From contig NC_086107.1 of NCBI RefSeq assembly GCF_963921235.1, forward strand, positions 109,556,001-109,620,000: a DNA stretch of 64,000 nucleotides. Reading direction: 5' to 3'. This stretch comes from Mobula hypostoma. Taxonomy: Eukaryota. Each line of letters opens with the position of its first letter. Position 1 is the first letter of the stretch. A program made the position numbers and the translations under genes. Below are positions 52,119 to 64,000 of this stretch, piece by piece. The notes under the pieces are model-generated. The model was not told the DNA's origin. It saw only the letters and a list, made by a program, of their open reading frames with translations, and ran no database searches.

Positions 52119-52873
52119 TACATGTTTTAAAATACTCTATTTTAAGAACTGTAGACAGATTCATAAGGAAGAGGAGGAAAGTTTGGCGAGTAGCATTGAG
52201 GAAACATGACAAGGCATAATGATAAGAGTGAGATTGAGGGGGATAATGAATCTGCTAAAATGGGATGGCAGAACAGACTTGATGGGCCGAATGGCTTAAT
52301 TCTGCTCTCATGTCTGTGATTTTCTGGTTGAGAGGCAGAGTGCCTACTCCTGCATCCCCTTCCTGTGACATACACATGCATATCATTTACATCAGAGGGA
52401 TTAGCTTCCAGTTCCCTACAACATCTGGCGTACAGCTGACCTGCGCTCCATCTTCAAGCCAGAGGTCCGTGAGCCAGTCTTCATTAGGGAACCGGAGGAG
52501 GAAAAGGTCCACCTTAAATTTAAACTTCTCGGTGTTACCACATCAGAGGATCAGCACACGAGAGCCATCACAAAGAAAACGCAGCAGTGACTCCATTTTC
52601 CTGGAAGTCCGCAGAGATCTGGCAAGTCATCTAAAACTTTGACAAACTTCTGCAGATGGTGCATTGAGAGCATCCTGACTGGTGGCATCATGGCCTGGCA
52701 CGGAAACACCAATGCCCAGGTATGGAAAAATCTAAAAAAGGTGGAGCAAACAGCCCAGTCCGGCACAGGCAAAGCTCTCCCCACCTCTGAGCACATCTAC
52801 AAGCAACGCTGCCACAAGTAAGCAGCATCCATCTTCCAAGACCCCCACTATCCAGGCCGTCAGGAAGGAGTTA

Positions 52874-53384
52874 CGGCTGATTTATACTTCTGCGTCAACT
52901 CGACGCCGTAGATACGGCGTAGCTGCAAACCCTACGTAGTGCCTACATGGATCCCTACGCCGTAGCCTGACGCGCACCTCTCCCAAAATGTAACTACGCG
53001 TCGCGGCAACGCAGACCACAACAGCTGTGATTGGTCCGCTTTGGAGCATCGCATTTCCTCCTACGCTGCAATAGCTTCCCATTGGGCGAGTGAAGGGCAG
53101 GGAAGGAACTCTGGCTGCAATGCTTTCCATAAAGCTTTACCGACCTCCCAAATTATGGAGGACACATTTCGCTTTTACGAAAAAAGACGCTCACTTCTTG
53201 TTTACCCCGAGAAAGACTACCATGACCATGAAGCCTTGCACGGGCAGGTGTGTGCGCATGCGTGACGTGCGCGAATTGCAGAGCGACGCAGACACACCAA
53301 CGCACAAGTATAAATGCTCTCAACGCGCGTAGGCCATTTGTGTAGGTTACAGCGTCGAGTTGACGTAGAAGTATAAATCAGCCT
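52874..53384. mobile_element. PIF/Harbinger-type MITE, CpG-rich (young)
   Basis: 32-bp TIR ggctgatttatacttct(g/a)cgtcaactcgacgc; 3-bp TSD TTA at 52871-52873 and 53385-53387. Confidence 0.88.
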
Positions 53385-53942
53385 TTACAGGAGCCTTGGG
53401 TCCTACACCACCAGGTTCAGGAACAGTTATTACTCTCAACCCCCCAGGTTCCTGATAACTTCACTCAGCTCAACTCTGCACTGACTCAATTCTCAGAACA
53501 TGAATTGTCGAGTCCTTATTTATTTACTTTTTATCTATTCTTTGCACAATTTGTCCTCTTTGGCACATTGGACATTTGTCAGTCTTTGTTATGCATAGTT
53601 TTTCATAAATTCTGACGTATTTCTTCATTTTAAATGCCTGCAAGAAAAAGAATCCCAAGGTAGGCATATACATACCTTGATAATAAATTTATTTTGTACT
53701 GCTGTCCCATGAACCCTGCTCCTGCAGACACAACCTCAAAGAGGCAAGGAGAAAGTATCGCAAGGCGCAGCAGATAGCCCACCTATGGATACTGGATGCA
53801 GAAGAAATTCTAGCAAACGTTATTTATAAATATTCTTTAACAGAACACAGGCAATGACAACAAGGTCCAACTGCTGATCAAATGGGTGATTTGCTGGACA
53901 GCACTGGAGTCAACCGTGTTGGAGAGTCTAGAGTCCGCCAAA

Positions 53943-54388
53943 GGGTGGCGGGGTGGAGATACGTCTCTACCGAAGGAAGTGTGAGGTGCTCCTTCCCTCC
54001 GCCAGCATGCAGGTCACCCTTGGGCAAGGTGTAGCACCTGCTTAGCCCCCGATCAGGGTCATGTGAAACCATGGGAGCAGGTCACACGAGCAGCTGGCGC
54101 TCATCACAAGTCCTAGCCATGCGATCACTGACGCCAGGCAGACAGTCTCTGAAGAGTATTGATGGCCGCTGGGGTCACCCGTCTTGCAAAGACACTGCCC
54201 AGAAGGCGGCGATGGCAAAACACTTCTGTAGAAAAAAATTTGCCAAGAACTATCATGGTCGTGGATAGAGAGAAGAATGAGAACAACAGCATGAAGTGGG
54301 TCTTCCCTGCAGGAAGAGCAGATTAAAGACGATGAAAGACCATAAATCGCCCACGTCATATGGCACAGCGAGCACATGACGACGATGA
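53943..54388 (+). mobile_element. Probable RTE-type SINE (copies at ~43236-43514 and ~49615-49710, minus strand)
   Basis: Three homologous copies beginning GGGTGGC; (GAC/GAT)n tail. Confidence 0.6.
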
Positions 54389-56314
54389 GAGACCAGCAAG
54401 CTCAAATGAGCACGGAAAATTGACTTCTCCCAACCACGGACAATATTTTTTCTGGTGGTTTTGCAGGTACCAGTACAGACATTGGCATTAGGAAGGAATC
54501 CTCAACACCCGTGACTTGCGCTCTTCTCATTTCTACCATCAGGGAAGAGCTGCAGGAGCCTGGAAAAGGCTCTGTGCGCTACTACACGCAGCCGTCAACA
54601 CAGCGCTGAACTGACTGACTCTGTGGCTCCTGGACAGTTTCGGGGACTCTGCAATTTGATGTTTTAATGTTCGGTGTGATATTATTGCTGAGCCTATTGC
54701 TGTTTGCTCGAGTTGTTCGTTTGACGGTCTTTGTTGTGGGTGGTTTTCCTCCAAAACGGGTTCTGTGGTGTTTCTTTGTTTGGTGGCTGCCTGCGGGAAG
54801 ACAGATTTCCGGGCTGTGTACTGCATGACACTGATAACGTACTTCGAAGCTTTGAAGTCGGTGATCAGTGAGTTGGCGAGCATGACGTTCCAGGCCGGGA
54901 ATTCGGGGCCCTGTCATCGGCTAGTCGTCTTAACTGGCTTTCAAATCTGACAGAGCAAGAAATGCAGCCTGCATCACAGTACTACCAGTGAGAGGACGGG
55001 CTTTACATTCGTCAGGGATCAGCCCAGGACCAAGGCCTTCAAAGTAAATTATCAGTTCCACCACAGCCCAAGAATGCACGAAGGAAAATAGGAATGTACT
55101 GTACAAAGGCAGATAGAAAGTAATAAAAAAAAAAAATTATACTGTAGATCAGGCAGATTAAACCTAGAAGCAGCCTGGCTTTAATAGCACAGAACCACAT
55201 CAAACAGGCCTCTGATCCTATAATGAGCAACACTGTCCAACATTATTGCACACAGAAAGTTTTATAATTCAGTCTCTAGGGATTTATAGCATATAAATAC
55301 ACTAATCTGTTTTTTGGGGTTTTGAAACTTCCGGCTTTAATTAACAAGAACCCACGTCTTGTAGATTTTATATAGGAGCGAGTTGCAGGACCAAATGTAG
55401 GCCTCAGGCTTCAATTTCCTGTAGCCTTTTGTCCATTCGTGTAGCCAGTTCCACAATTCAATAACAACAAATCACTGGGATCAATTTCATTATCTCCATT
55501 TGATCCCCAGTCCCTGGGGTCCAAAAAAAAGAGCAGAATTAGGCCATTCGGCCATCTCATTTGTGCCACCATTGCCCCTCCCAATTTTAATGCTAACTCA
55601 TGTCTAGCACAACCTTTTTTCCAATACAAAACCATAAAGCATAGAAGAATTAGGCCATTCAGCCCATTAAGTCCACTCTGCCATTCCATCATGGTGAATT
55701 ATTATCCCTCTCAATCTCGTTCTCCTGCCTTCTCCCTGTAACCTTTAATGCCCTGACTAATCAAGAACACATCAACCTCCTCTTTAAATATACCCAAGGA
55801 CTTGGCCTCCACGGCTGCCAATGGCAATGAATTCCACAGATTCACCACCCTCTGGCTAACGAATAATTCCTCCTCATCGCTGTTCTGAAGGGACATCCTT
55901 GTTTTCTGAGGCTGTGCCCTCTGGCCCTCGACACCCCCACCGTAGGAACCATCCTCTCCACGTCCATCTTGCTCTTCTCACAAGACCATCACTCCATGAT
56001 CCACAGCTCACTTGAGTAGAAATTTCCAAAAGGGTCCAAAGGGGGTTTAAAAAAACTCATCAGTAACTTCTTACTCCATCCCAAATGGAGACATTTTTAG
56101 TCAGAGTCTATGCCACCAGTTCCACTCTCTCTCCAAAGACGAAAGATCCTCACACCATCTAATGTCACCCCATCTTCTTTGCTGGGAGGAACAAAGACAA
56201 CAGAAGGAGTAGGCCGCGCAAGCCTACCTCACCATCCACCGTGACGACTGATACACCTCACACAGGTACACTGGGTGATCACATGATCTACATGCACTGA
56301 ATGGCCATGCTGTT

Positions 56315-56825
56315 CGGTACAGGAGTGAAACCCAGTGTGATCTTCTGTTGCTGAAGCCCATCCACTTCAAGGTTCCACGTGTTTTTCCACACAGAGATGA
56401 CCTCCTGCACACCACTGTTGTAACGTGTGGCTATTTGAGTTACTCTCACCTTCCTGTCAGCTTGAACCAGTCTGTCCATTCCCCTCTGACCTCTCTCATT
56501 AACAAGCCATTTTCGCCCACAGAACTGTCAGTCACGATTTTTTTTTCTTGCTTTTCCCCCCAACACTCTCTGTTAACTCTAGAGACTATCGTGCATGAAA
56601 ATCCCAGGAGACCAGCCGTTTCTGAGATACTCAAACCACCCCATCTGGCATCAACAATCATTAGACAGTCAAAAGTCACTCAGATCACATTTCTCCGCCA
56701 TTCTGATCTTTGGTCTCAACAGGAACTGAACCTCTTGACCACGTCTGCGTGCTTTTATGTATTGAGTTGCTGCCACATGATTGGCTGATAGGATATTTGC
56801 ATTAACCAGGTGAATTCGGCGTATA
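56315..56825 (-). mobile_element. Tc1-like derivative
   Basis: ORF 56446..56679 ARWGGLSISETAGLLGFS. Confidence 0.8.
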
Positions 56826-58094
56826 AGAAGAAAAACTTGTCTTGTATACAGTTGACACAGATCAGATCATTACACAGCGCACTGAGGTAGAACAAGGTAA
56901 AACAATAACAGAATAAAGTGCAACCACAGTGAAAGTGCGATGTGCAGGTAAACAATAGAAGTGCAAGATCATAACGAGGTAGATTGAGGGGTCAAGAGGG
57001 GTCTAGGGAACTCTTAACGAGTTGTAAAACCGCGGGGTAGAGACTGTCCTTGAGCTTAATGACGCACGCTTTCAGGCTTTGGCATCTTCTGCCCGATGGG
57101 AGGGGGAGAAGAGAATGTCCAGGGTAGGCAGGGCCTTCGATTACACAGTCTGCTTTACTGAGGCAACAAAACCGCGCACAGACGTTACATAACAGGACCG
57201 GGTTACTTATTAGTGACCTCTGTCAATTAGTTACTCTTCTCGTTGATGTTGCCGGACCAAGCCTTTCTGGCCCAATGAGGCCGCACCATTGCACCCATGT
57301 GACCAGTTAACCTATGAACCGGAAGGTGGGAGGAAAGCGGAGCACCCAGAGGAAACCTCCGCACGGACACAGAGAGAATGTACAAGCTCCTCACCGACGG
57401 TGGTGGGCATTCAACATGGGTCGCTGGCACTGAAATAGCTGCACGACGGGGCTGAGAAAAACCCTTCCACATGCAGCCAAAGCCAGACAGTTGCTGCTAA
57501 TTCCTGCAGGAGAACTTTCTGCTTTCCCAGAGGGTGATTGAAGCCAACAGCAGAGGTGCTCTAAAGGAGAATCGAGATAAAAACACCTGTTTTAGCCCCT
57601 CACTTTGAAGTGCCTCTATAAATCTCTCCTCAGTTCCAAAGAAAACATCTCCAGACTCCCCTTGTGGCCAAAATTCTCCTGCTCTGACAGCGTTCTCATA
57701 AATCTCCTCCAAATCCCCTCCAGGATCACAGTCAGCAAGTTGCAACAGCCTTTTAAATTCTGCAAGTGGACAATCCAACCAGGTGGAATGCTTGTTCTGT
57801 GTTATTGTATTTGCAAGATTGGCTACCTGCGTGCCCCCAAGGTATCTATCGCTCGCTGCTAGAACAAGTAGATAGGATTCTAGTCAGTTGGCTGTCGAGG
57901 CACATTAGCAAATCGTAGACGCGGGAGATTCTGTGGATCAATGCACACAAAATGCCAGAGGAACTCAGCAGATCAGGCAACATCTCTGGAGAGGAATAAA
58001 CAGTCCACACTTCAGGCCGAGACCCTTCATCAGGGCCGAAAAGGAAGGGGGAAGAAGCCAGAATAAGCAGGTGGGTTGGGGAGGAGTACAAACC

Positions 58095-58712
58095 CAGACA
58101 TCCCACCTCTCCCAGAAGTTCCGGGAGTCTCCTGTATATTGATAGCAGCTCCCTGACGCCCGGAAATTATATCTTGGAAATCGATTTTTTTGAAAGCGAG
58201 CATCCTGATTGGTCTCTCTTCGTACTAAGTGGACCTATCAGTTTTCTCTGTGGGTAGGCTTTTTACAGTCGACCTCAAAAATAATGACAGTGTTGCTCGC
58301 TGCACTGTTTGCAACAGTGACTTTTCTATTGCTCATGGTGGGTTAAGACTGTAAAAGATATGTTGAGGTGAGTTTAACAGGTGTCATTCGTTCATTAGCA
58401 GAGCTAATGTTATTTAAACTAGCTGGCCAGCTGCTAAGGAGCTACTCTATTGATGTCCTACGCGATGAGGCCAAACTCCCTGTAGACTTGCTTAAGGTTG
58501 TAACAGAATAAAAAAAACGACTCCATCAAGCACATATTTTAATGTCACATTTTCTGCATATACCCAACTTGGTTTACAGATTAGACAGAATCACTAAACA
58601 AAGTAGTACATACACCCTTGGAGGTTGATGGGGAGGGGGTGGGGGGTATGGGGTTGCAGAGGGGCGGGGGTGCTACCTCCCTGAAATGAGTTTTTGCAGG
58701 GTGGGATGTCTG
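58095..58712. mobile_element. Non-autonomous DNA transposon inserted in a Penelope LTR
   Basis: Perfect 13-bp TIR cagacatcccacc / ggtgggatgtctg. Confidence 0.8.
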
Positions 58713-59355
58713 CAAGCTGGCAGATGATAGGCGAGACCAGGTGAGGGGAGAGGTGGGGGAAACACCGAAGTGAAAAGCTGGGAGGTGATAGGGATCTTCA
58801 GATTTTGCAGATGCTGGAAATCAAGACCACCACACACAAAATGCTGAAGGAACTCAGGCAGCATCTACAGAGGGAAACAAACTATAGATGTTTTGTGTCA
58901 AGACCTTTCATCAGTTCCTCCAGCATCCTGAGAGAGTCACATCGGCATCCTTCATTAAGGGCCTCAGCCTGCTGCCCCCGCACACAACAGCTAGATTGAG
59001 TAGACAGCCAGAGACTTTACCCAGGGTAGAATTGGCTAATACAAGGGCGCATTATGTTAAGGTGACTGGAGGATTTGGAGGGTGGAGGGAGGTGCCAGAG
59101 GTAAGCTTTTTTTAAAAACACAGAGTGGTAGGTGCATAGAATGCCCTGCCAACGCTAATGGTGGTGGTAGATTCATTAAGGACATTTGAGACCCTGAGAT
59201 AAGCATATGGATTAAAAAAAGTGGGGGGCTAGGTCAGATAGAAGGGTTAGATTAATCTTAAGAGTAGGTTATAAGATTACACATTGTCATGGGCTGCAGG
59301 GTCTGCACTGTGAAGTAATGTTTTACATTCTAAAAAGAACAAATTTCACAACATA

Positions 59356-59882
59356 CTCTCAGTGGCCACTTTATTAGGTACACCTGCACGTTAATGCAAA
59401 TTTCTAATTGGCCAATCATGCGGCAGCAGCACAATGCATAAAAGCACGCAGACACGGTCAAGAGGTTCAGTTGCTGTTCAGACCAAACATCAGAATGAGG
59501 CAAGAAATGTAATCTAAGTGACTTTGACCGTGGAATGATTGCTGGTGCCAGACGGGGTGGTTTGAGTATCTGCTGATTTCCTGTTATTTCATGCAGAACA
59601 GTCTCTAGAGTTTACAGAGAATGGCACGAGAAACAGAAAACATCCAGTGAGCGGCTGTTCTGTGGGTGAAAATGCCTTGTTAATGAGGTCAGAGGAGAAT
59701 GGCCAGACTGGTTCAAGCTGACAGGAAGACGACAGTAACTCAAATAACCACACATTACAACAGTGGTGTGCAGAAGAGCATCTCCGAATTCACAACACGT
59801 CAAACCTTGAAGCGAATGGGCTACAGCAGTAGAAGACCACACCAGGCTCCACTCCTGTGCCTAATAAAGCGGCCAGTGAGTT
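59356..59882 (+). mobile_element. Tc1-like derivative with both single TIRs
   Basis: ctcagtggccactttattaggtacac / gtgcctaataaagcggccagtgag; ORF MARLVQADRK...TLKRMGYSSRRP. Confidence 0.88.
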
Positions 59883-60459
59883 TACAGTGACTATAAACCC
59901 AGTTCTGATGAGAGTTAAACACAACTCCAGACAACTTATCATAAAACAGACTTGAAGGACAAAACTCCTCACTTCCACACTTCAGTGAACCAGACAGCCA
60001 TTTATAAAGTTTTCTCCTCACTGTGGGTGAAGTAAGTTTAACCACCCCACCCCCGCCCCCAGCTTAAGTTCTATTTTATTTACTAACAAAGTTTGAATTA
60101 TGCGAGGATGTGGTTTGAATCCATCTCTGGATTGACAAATTACCAGCTCAGTTATTTAATCGTAGCATCCTCTGTGCAGTTTGGTGGTTTGGACACTCAT
60201 CTCTGGCCTCTGGGATCTAATCACAGACACTTAGCAAGTTGCAATCTCTCAGCAGTTTAACAGCCGCCGTCCCACCCAGGCTCCCAGAACTTACGTCGCA
60301 AGCAATACTGCATTACAGCCTTTATCTTATCACGACCTCGTGATGTCCCCAAGTACGGTACAGACACATGAATCACGTCTGAAGCTTGGCGTGCTAAAAG
60401 GCCACAATGTGGATACAGCAAGATCCCACAGAGGGCGAACAATTCACCCCCGACTGGTT

Positions 60460-61690
60460 AAATGGGGAGGGGCAGGATGGAAACACTGATTCACTTCGGG
60501 AACAAAAATTCAAATCTGAAGGCAGAGTACAGGGTTAACTCCAGAATTCTTAACAGTGTAGAGAAACAGAGCGATCTTGGGAGTCTATGTTCACAGATCT
60601 CTCAAAGTTGCCGTGCAGATTAATAGGGTGGTTAAGAAGGCATATGGTGTGTTGACCTTCACTAATTACGGGATTGAGTGTAAAAGCTGTGAGGTACTGT
60701 TGCAGCTCCATAAAACCTTGGTTTGACCACACTTGGGAGTATTGCGAACAGTTCTGATTGCCTCATTAAAGGATTTGGAAGCTTGAGAGAGAGAATGCAG
60801 TGGCGATTTACCAGGATGCTACCTGGATTAGAGAGTATGTCTTATGAGGGACGGTTGAGTGAGCTGGGCCTTTTCTCTGTGCGGCAGAAGGCCACTTGAC
60901 AGATGCACAAGATAAGAGACACAGATCGAGTGGATAAGCCAGAGACTTTTTCCCAGGTGGTATAATTTATGATTGAGGAAAGCATAAGAATGTCAGAAGT
61001 TAAGATACACACACACACACACACACACACGCACGCACGCACGCGTAGGTGTGTGCTGTGCCAAGCCAGGGTGGTGGTAGAGACAGATACATTAGGGACA
61101 TTTCAGAAACTCTTACATAGACACGTGGATGATAGAAAATAGAAAATTCAAAGTTGAAGGTAAATCTTATTATCAAGGTATATATGCGTCACCATATACA
61201 AGCCCGAGATTCACTCTCCTGCGGGGATACTCAGCAAATCAAGAGAATAGTAACCACAAGTGGATCAATAAAGGATCAAGCAGAGTGCAGAAGACAACAG
61301 ACAATAAATACTTGAAGAACATGAGATAATGAGATAGCAAGTCCTTAAAGTGAGATTATTGGTTGCGGAAACATCTCAATTGATGAGTGTAGTTATCCTC
61401 TTTTGTTCAAGAACCTGATGGTTGAGGGGTAGTAACTGTTCTTGAACTTGGCGGCGTGAGTCCTGAGGCTCTTGTACCTGATGGCAGCAGTGAGAAGAGA
61501 CCTGGGTGGCAAGGATCTCTGATGAAGGATGCGACTTTCCTAGTGTCGTGCAGATGTGCCCAATGGTTGGGAGGGCTTTACCGGTGATGTACTGTGCTAA
61601 GGGAAGGGTCAGGTGGATCTTGGAGTAGGTTAGAAGGTCGGCACAACATTGTGGGCCGAAGGGCCTGTACTGTGCAGTAATGTTCTATGT
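60460..61690 (+). mobile_element. Fragmented CR1 3' region with nested Rex1-type tail and (CA)n
   Basis: CR1 RT C-terminal nucleotide motifs and the gggccgaagggcctgtactgtg terminus. Confidence 0.7.
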
Positions 61691-63151
61691 CATAGCAACA
61701 GCAAAAGTAACTTCAATAGTATCACACGGTTGTTAACATCTACAACCAGACAGGAGGACCCTGTCGCTGCCCATGGATCTTGCAGCCCTTCAGATATTGA
61801 CATGCAAGGATGGCAACAGAGCAGCTGTGTTAGCAGAATTCGGCATTCCATCTTAAAATTTACATCACTGTGCCCACTCCAAAATCTGAGGGACAGAACA
61901 GGATTGTGGATTCAAATTACACAATGAACACATTTCCTTTAACTGAAAGGGAAAACCTTCTGAGATCTCGGACTGATCCCACAAGCTTTCAGATTTGAGG
62001 GAAAGAGTGATACAATGGTGTTATTGTCGTCAAATACATCGAGAATCAGTGGAATGCCATTCCATACCACCCAAACACAAGCATCCAAGGACAGACCACT
62101 CCAAAGACAAGTGTATCACAAGACATGGGAGAAGAATTAGGCCACTTGGCCCAACAGGTCTGCTCCACCATTCGATCATGGCTGATTTATTATCCTTCTT
62201 GACCCCGATCTCCCCATAAACTTTGACACCCCTGATTAACCAAGAACCTATCAACCTCCATTTTAAATATACTCAATGACCCGGTCTCCACAGCCGTCTG
62301 TGGCAAATAATTCCACAAATTCACCACGCTCTGGCTAAAGAATTTCCTCCTCGTCCCTGTTCTAAGAGGGGTGGGCCACTTTTCTGAGGCTGTGTCCTCT
62401 GGTCCTGGACTCCCCCACTATAGGAAACATCCTCTCCACATCCACTCCATCCAGGCCTTTCAAGTTTCGATAGGTTTTCGTGAGAACCAGCCCCCACCCC
62501 ACACCTGTTCTTCTAAACTCCAGCAAGCACAGGCCCAGAGCCAATAGAACACGCCTCGTACATTAACCCTTTCATTCCCAGGATCATTCTTGTCAACCCC
62601 CTCTGGACCCTCTCCAATGCCAGCGGATCCTTTCTTAGGTAAAGGGCTAAAATAAAAGGACCCGCCACCCAGGCCATTCTCTCTTCTCGCTGCTGCCATC
62701 AGGAAGATGGCACAAGAGCCTCAGGACTTGCACCACCAGGTTCAGGATCAGTTATTACCCCTCAACCATTAGGGTCCTGAACCAGAGGGGATAACCTCAT
62801 CATTAAAATGTTCCCACAACCTACGTACTTACTTTCAAGGATTCTTCATCCCATGTTCTCGATATTTATTTCTTTCTTTTTGTATTTGCAGAGTCTCCTG
62901 TCTTTTGCAGACTGGGTGAATGCTCAGTTGATGTGGTCTTTCATTGATTCTATTATGGACTTACTGAGTATGCCCGCAAGAACAAAAATCACAGGGCTGT
63001 ATATGGTGACATGTATGCACTTCGAATTTTTTGAAATGCATACTCCAAATTCTCGCTCCTCTCAAAATTAATACTAAAATTGCATTTGCCTTCCTGACCA
63101 CCAACTCAACCTGCAAGCTAACGTTTAGGGAATCCTGCAGGCGGACTCCCA

Positions 63152-63724
63152 ACACGCACAGAATGCTGGTGGAACGCAGCAGGCTAGGCAGCATCTATAG
63201 GAAGAGGTACAGTTGAGATGAAGCTATACTCAGGTTGAAGGAACAGCACCTCATATTCCGTCTGGGTAGCCTCCAACCTGATGGCATGAACATTGACTTC
63301 TCTAACTTCCGTTAATGCCCCTCCTCCCCTTCTTACCCCATCCCTAATTTATTATTTATTTTCTCTCTCTTTCCCTCTCGCAATAACTCCTTGCCTGTTC
63401 TCCATCTTCTTCTGGTGCTCCCCTCCCCCTTTCTTTCTTCCAAGGCCTTCCGTCCCATAATACTCCCCCTTCTCCAGCCTTGTATCCCAGCTCTTGGCTC
63501 CATCCCTCCCCCTCCTGTCTTCTCCTATCATTTCAGATCTCCCTCTCACCCTCCCACTTTCAAATCTCTTACTATCTCCTTTCAGTTAGCCCTGACGAAG
63601 AGCCTCGGCCCGAAACGTCGACTGTACCTCTCCCCATCGATGCTGCCTGGCCTGCTGTGTTCCACCAGCATTTTGTGTGTGTCTTGCTTGAATTTCCAGC
63701 ATCTGCAGATTTCCTCGTGTTTGA
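63152..63724 (+). mobile_element. Penelope-like insertion with 5' inverted LTR piece, inside a minus-strand CR1
   Basis: TSD ggactccca at 63143-63151 and 63725-63733; GIY-YIG tail EQHLIFRLGSLQPDGMNIDFSNFR*; hammerhead core 63588-63624. Confidence 0.9.
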
Positions 63725-64000
63725 GGACTCCCAGGGCCATTTGCGCCTCTGAATTTGCTCCCCATTTAGAAAATAGTCTGCACTTTTATTCCCTACCAAA
63801 GTGCATGACCGCGAACTTCCCTACACAGTATTCCATCGGCCACTTCTTTGTCTTTTCTCCAAACCTGCCCAATATTGAGGAAGTATGAAAGGACAGAGCA
63901 TAATGCAGAATGGAGCGTTACAATTTTAGAGAAAGCACGGGACAGGTAGACGATAAGGTGCAAGGGCCGCAATGAGATAGACCGAGGGTTCACCTTTAAT

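Overview
Vertebrate genomic DNA, most likely an elasmobranch, possibly a ray (inferred from the repeat complement: HE1/V-SINE-like SINEs, CR1, Rex1/Babar, Penelope-like elements). The only host gene is RRAS (R-Ras) on the minus strand. Coding exons 2-6 (88/103/109/119/88 bp) splice in frame via GT-AG to 168 aa ending in GCPCVLL*. Exon 1 was not found, so intron 1 is probably >30 kb and runs past the window end. A ~4 kb 3'UTR probably ends at an AATAAA near 10030. The rest is densely nested retro- and DNA transposons. The most notable hidden signal is about 12 copies of a minimal type-I hammerhead ribozyme motif in Penelope-like LTRs. Also notable are a mosaic hAT element carrying pieces of two other transposon families, doubled-TIR Tc1 derivatives and a pseudoknot-capable 5' end in an RTE-type SINE. 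No prokaryotic or CRISPR system is present. Repeat boundaries were read by eye and are approximate unless a TSD or TIR is given; family names come from motif recognition, not database searches.
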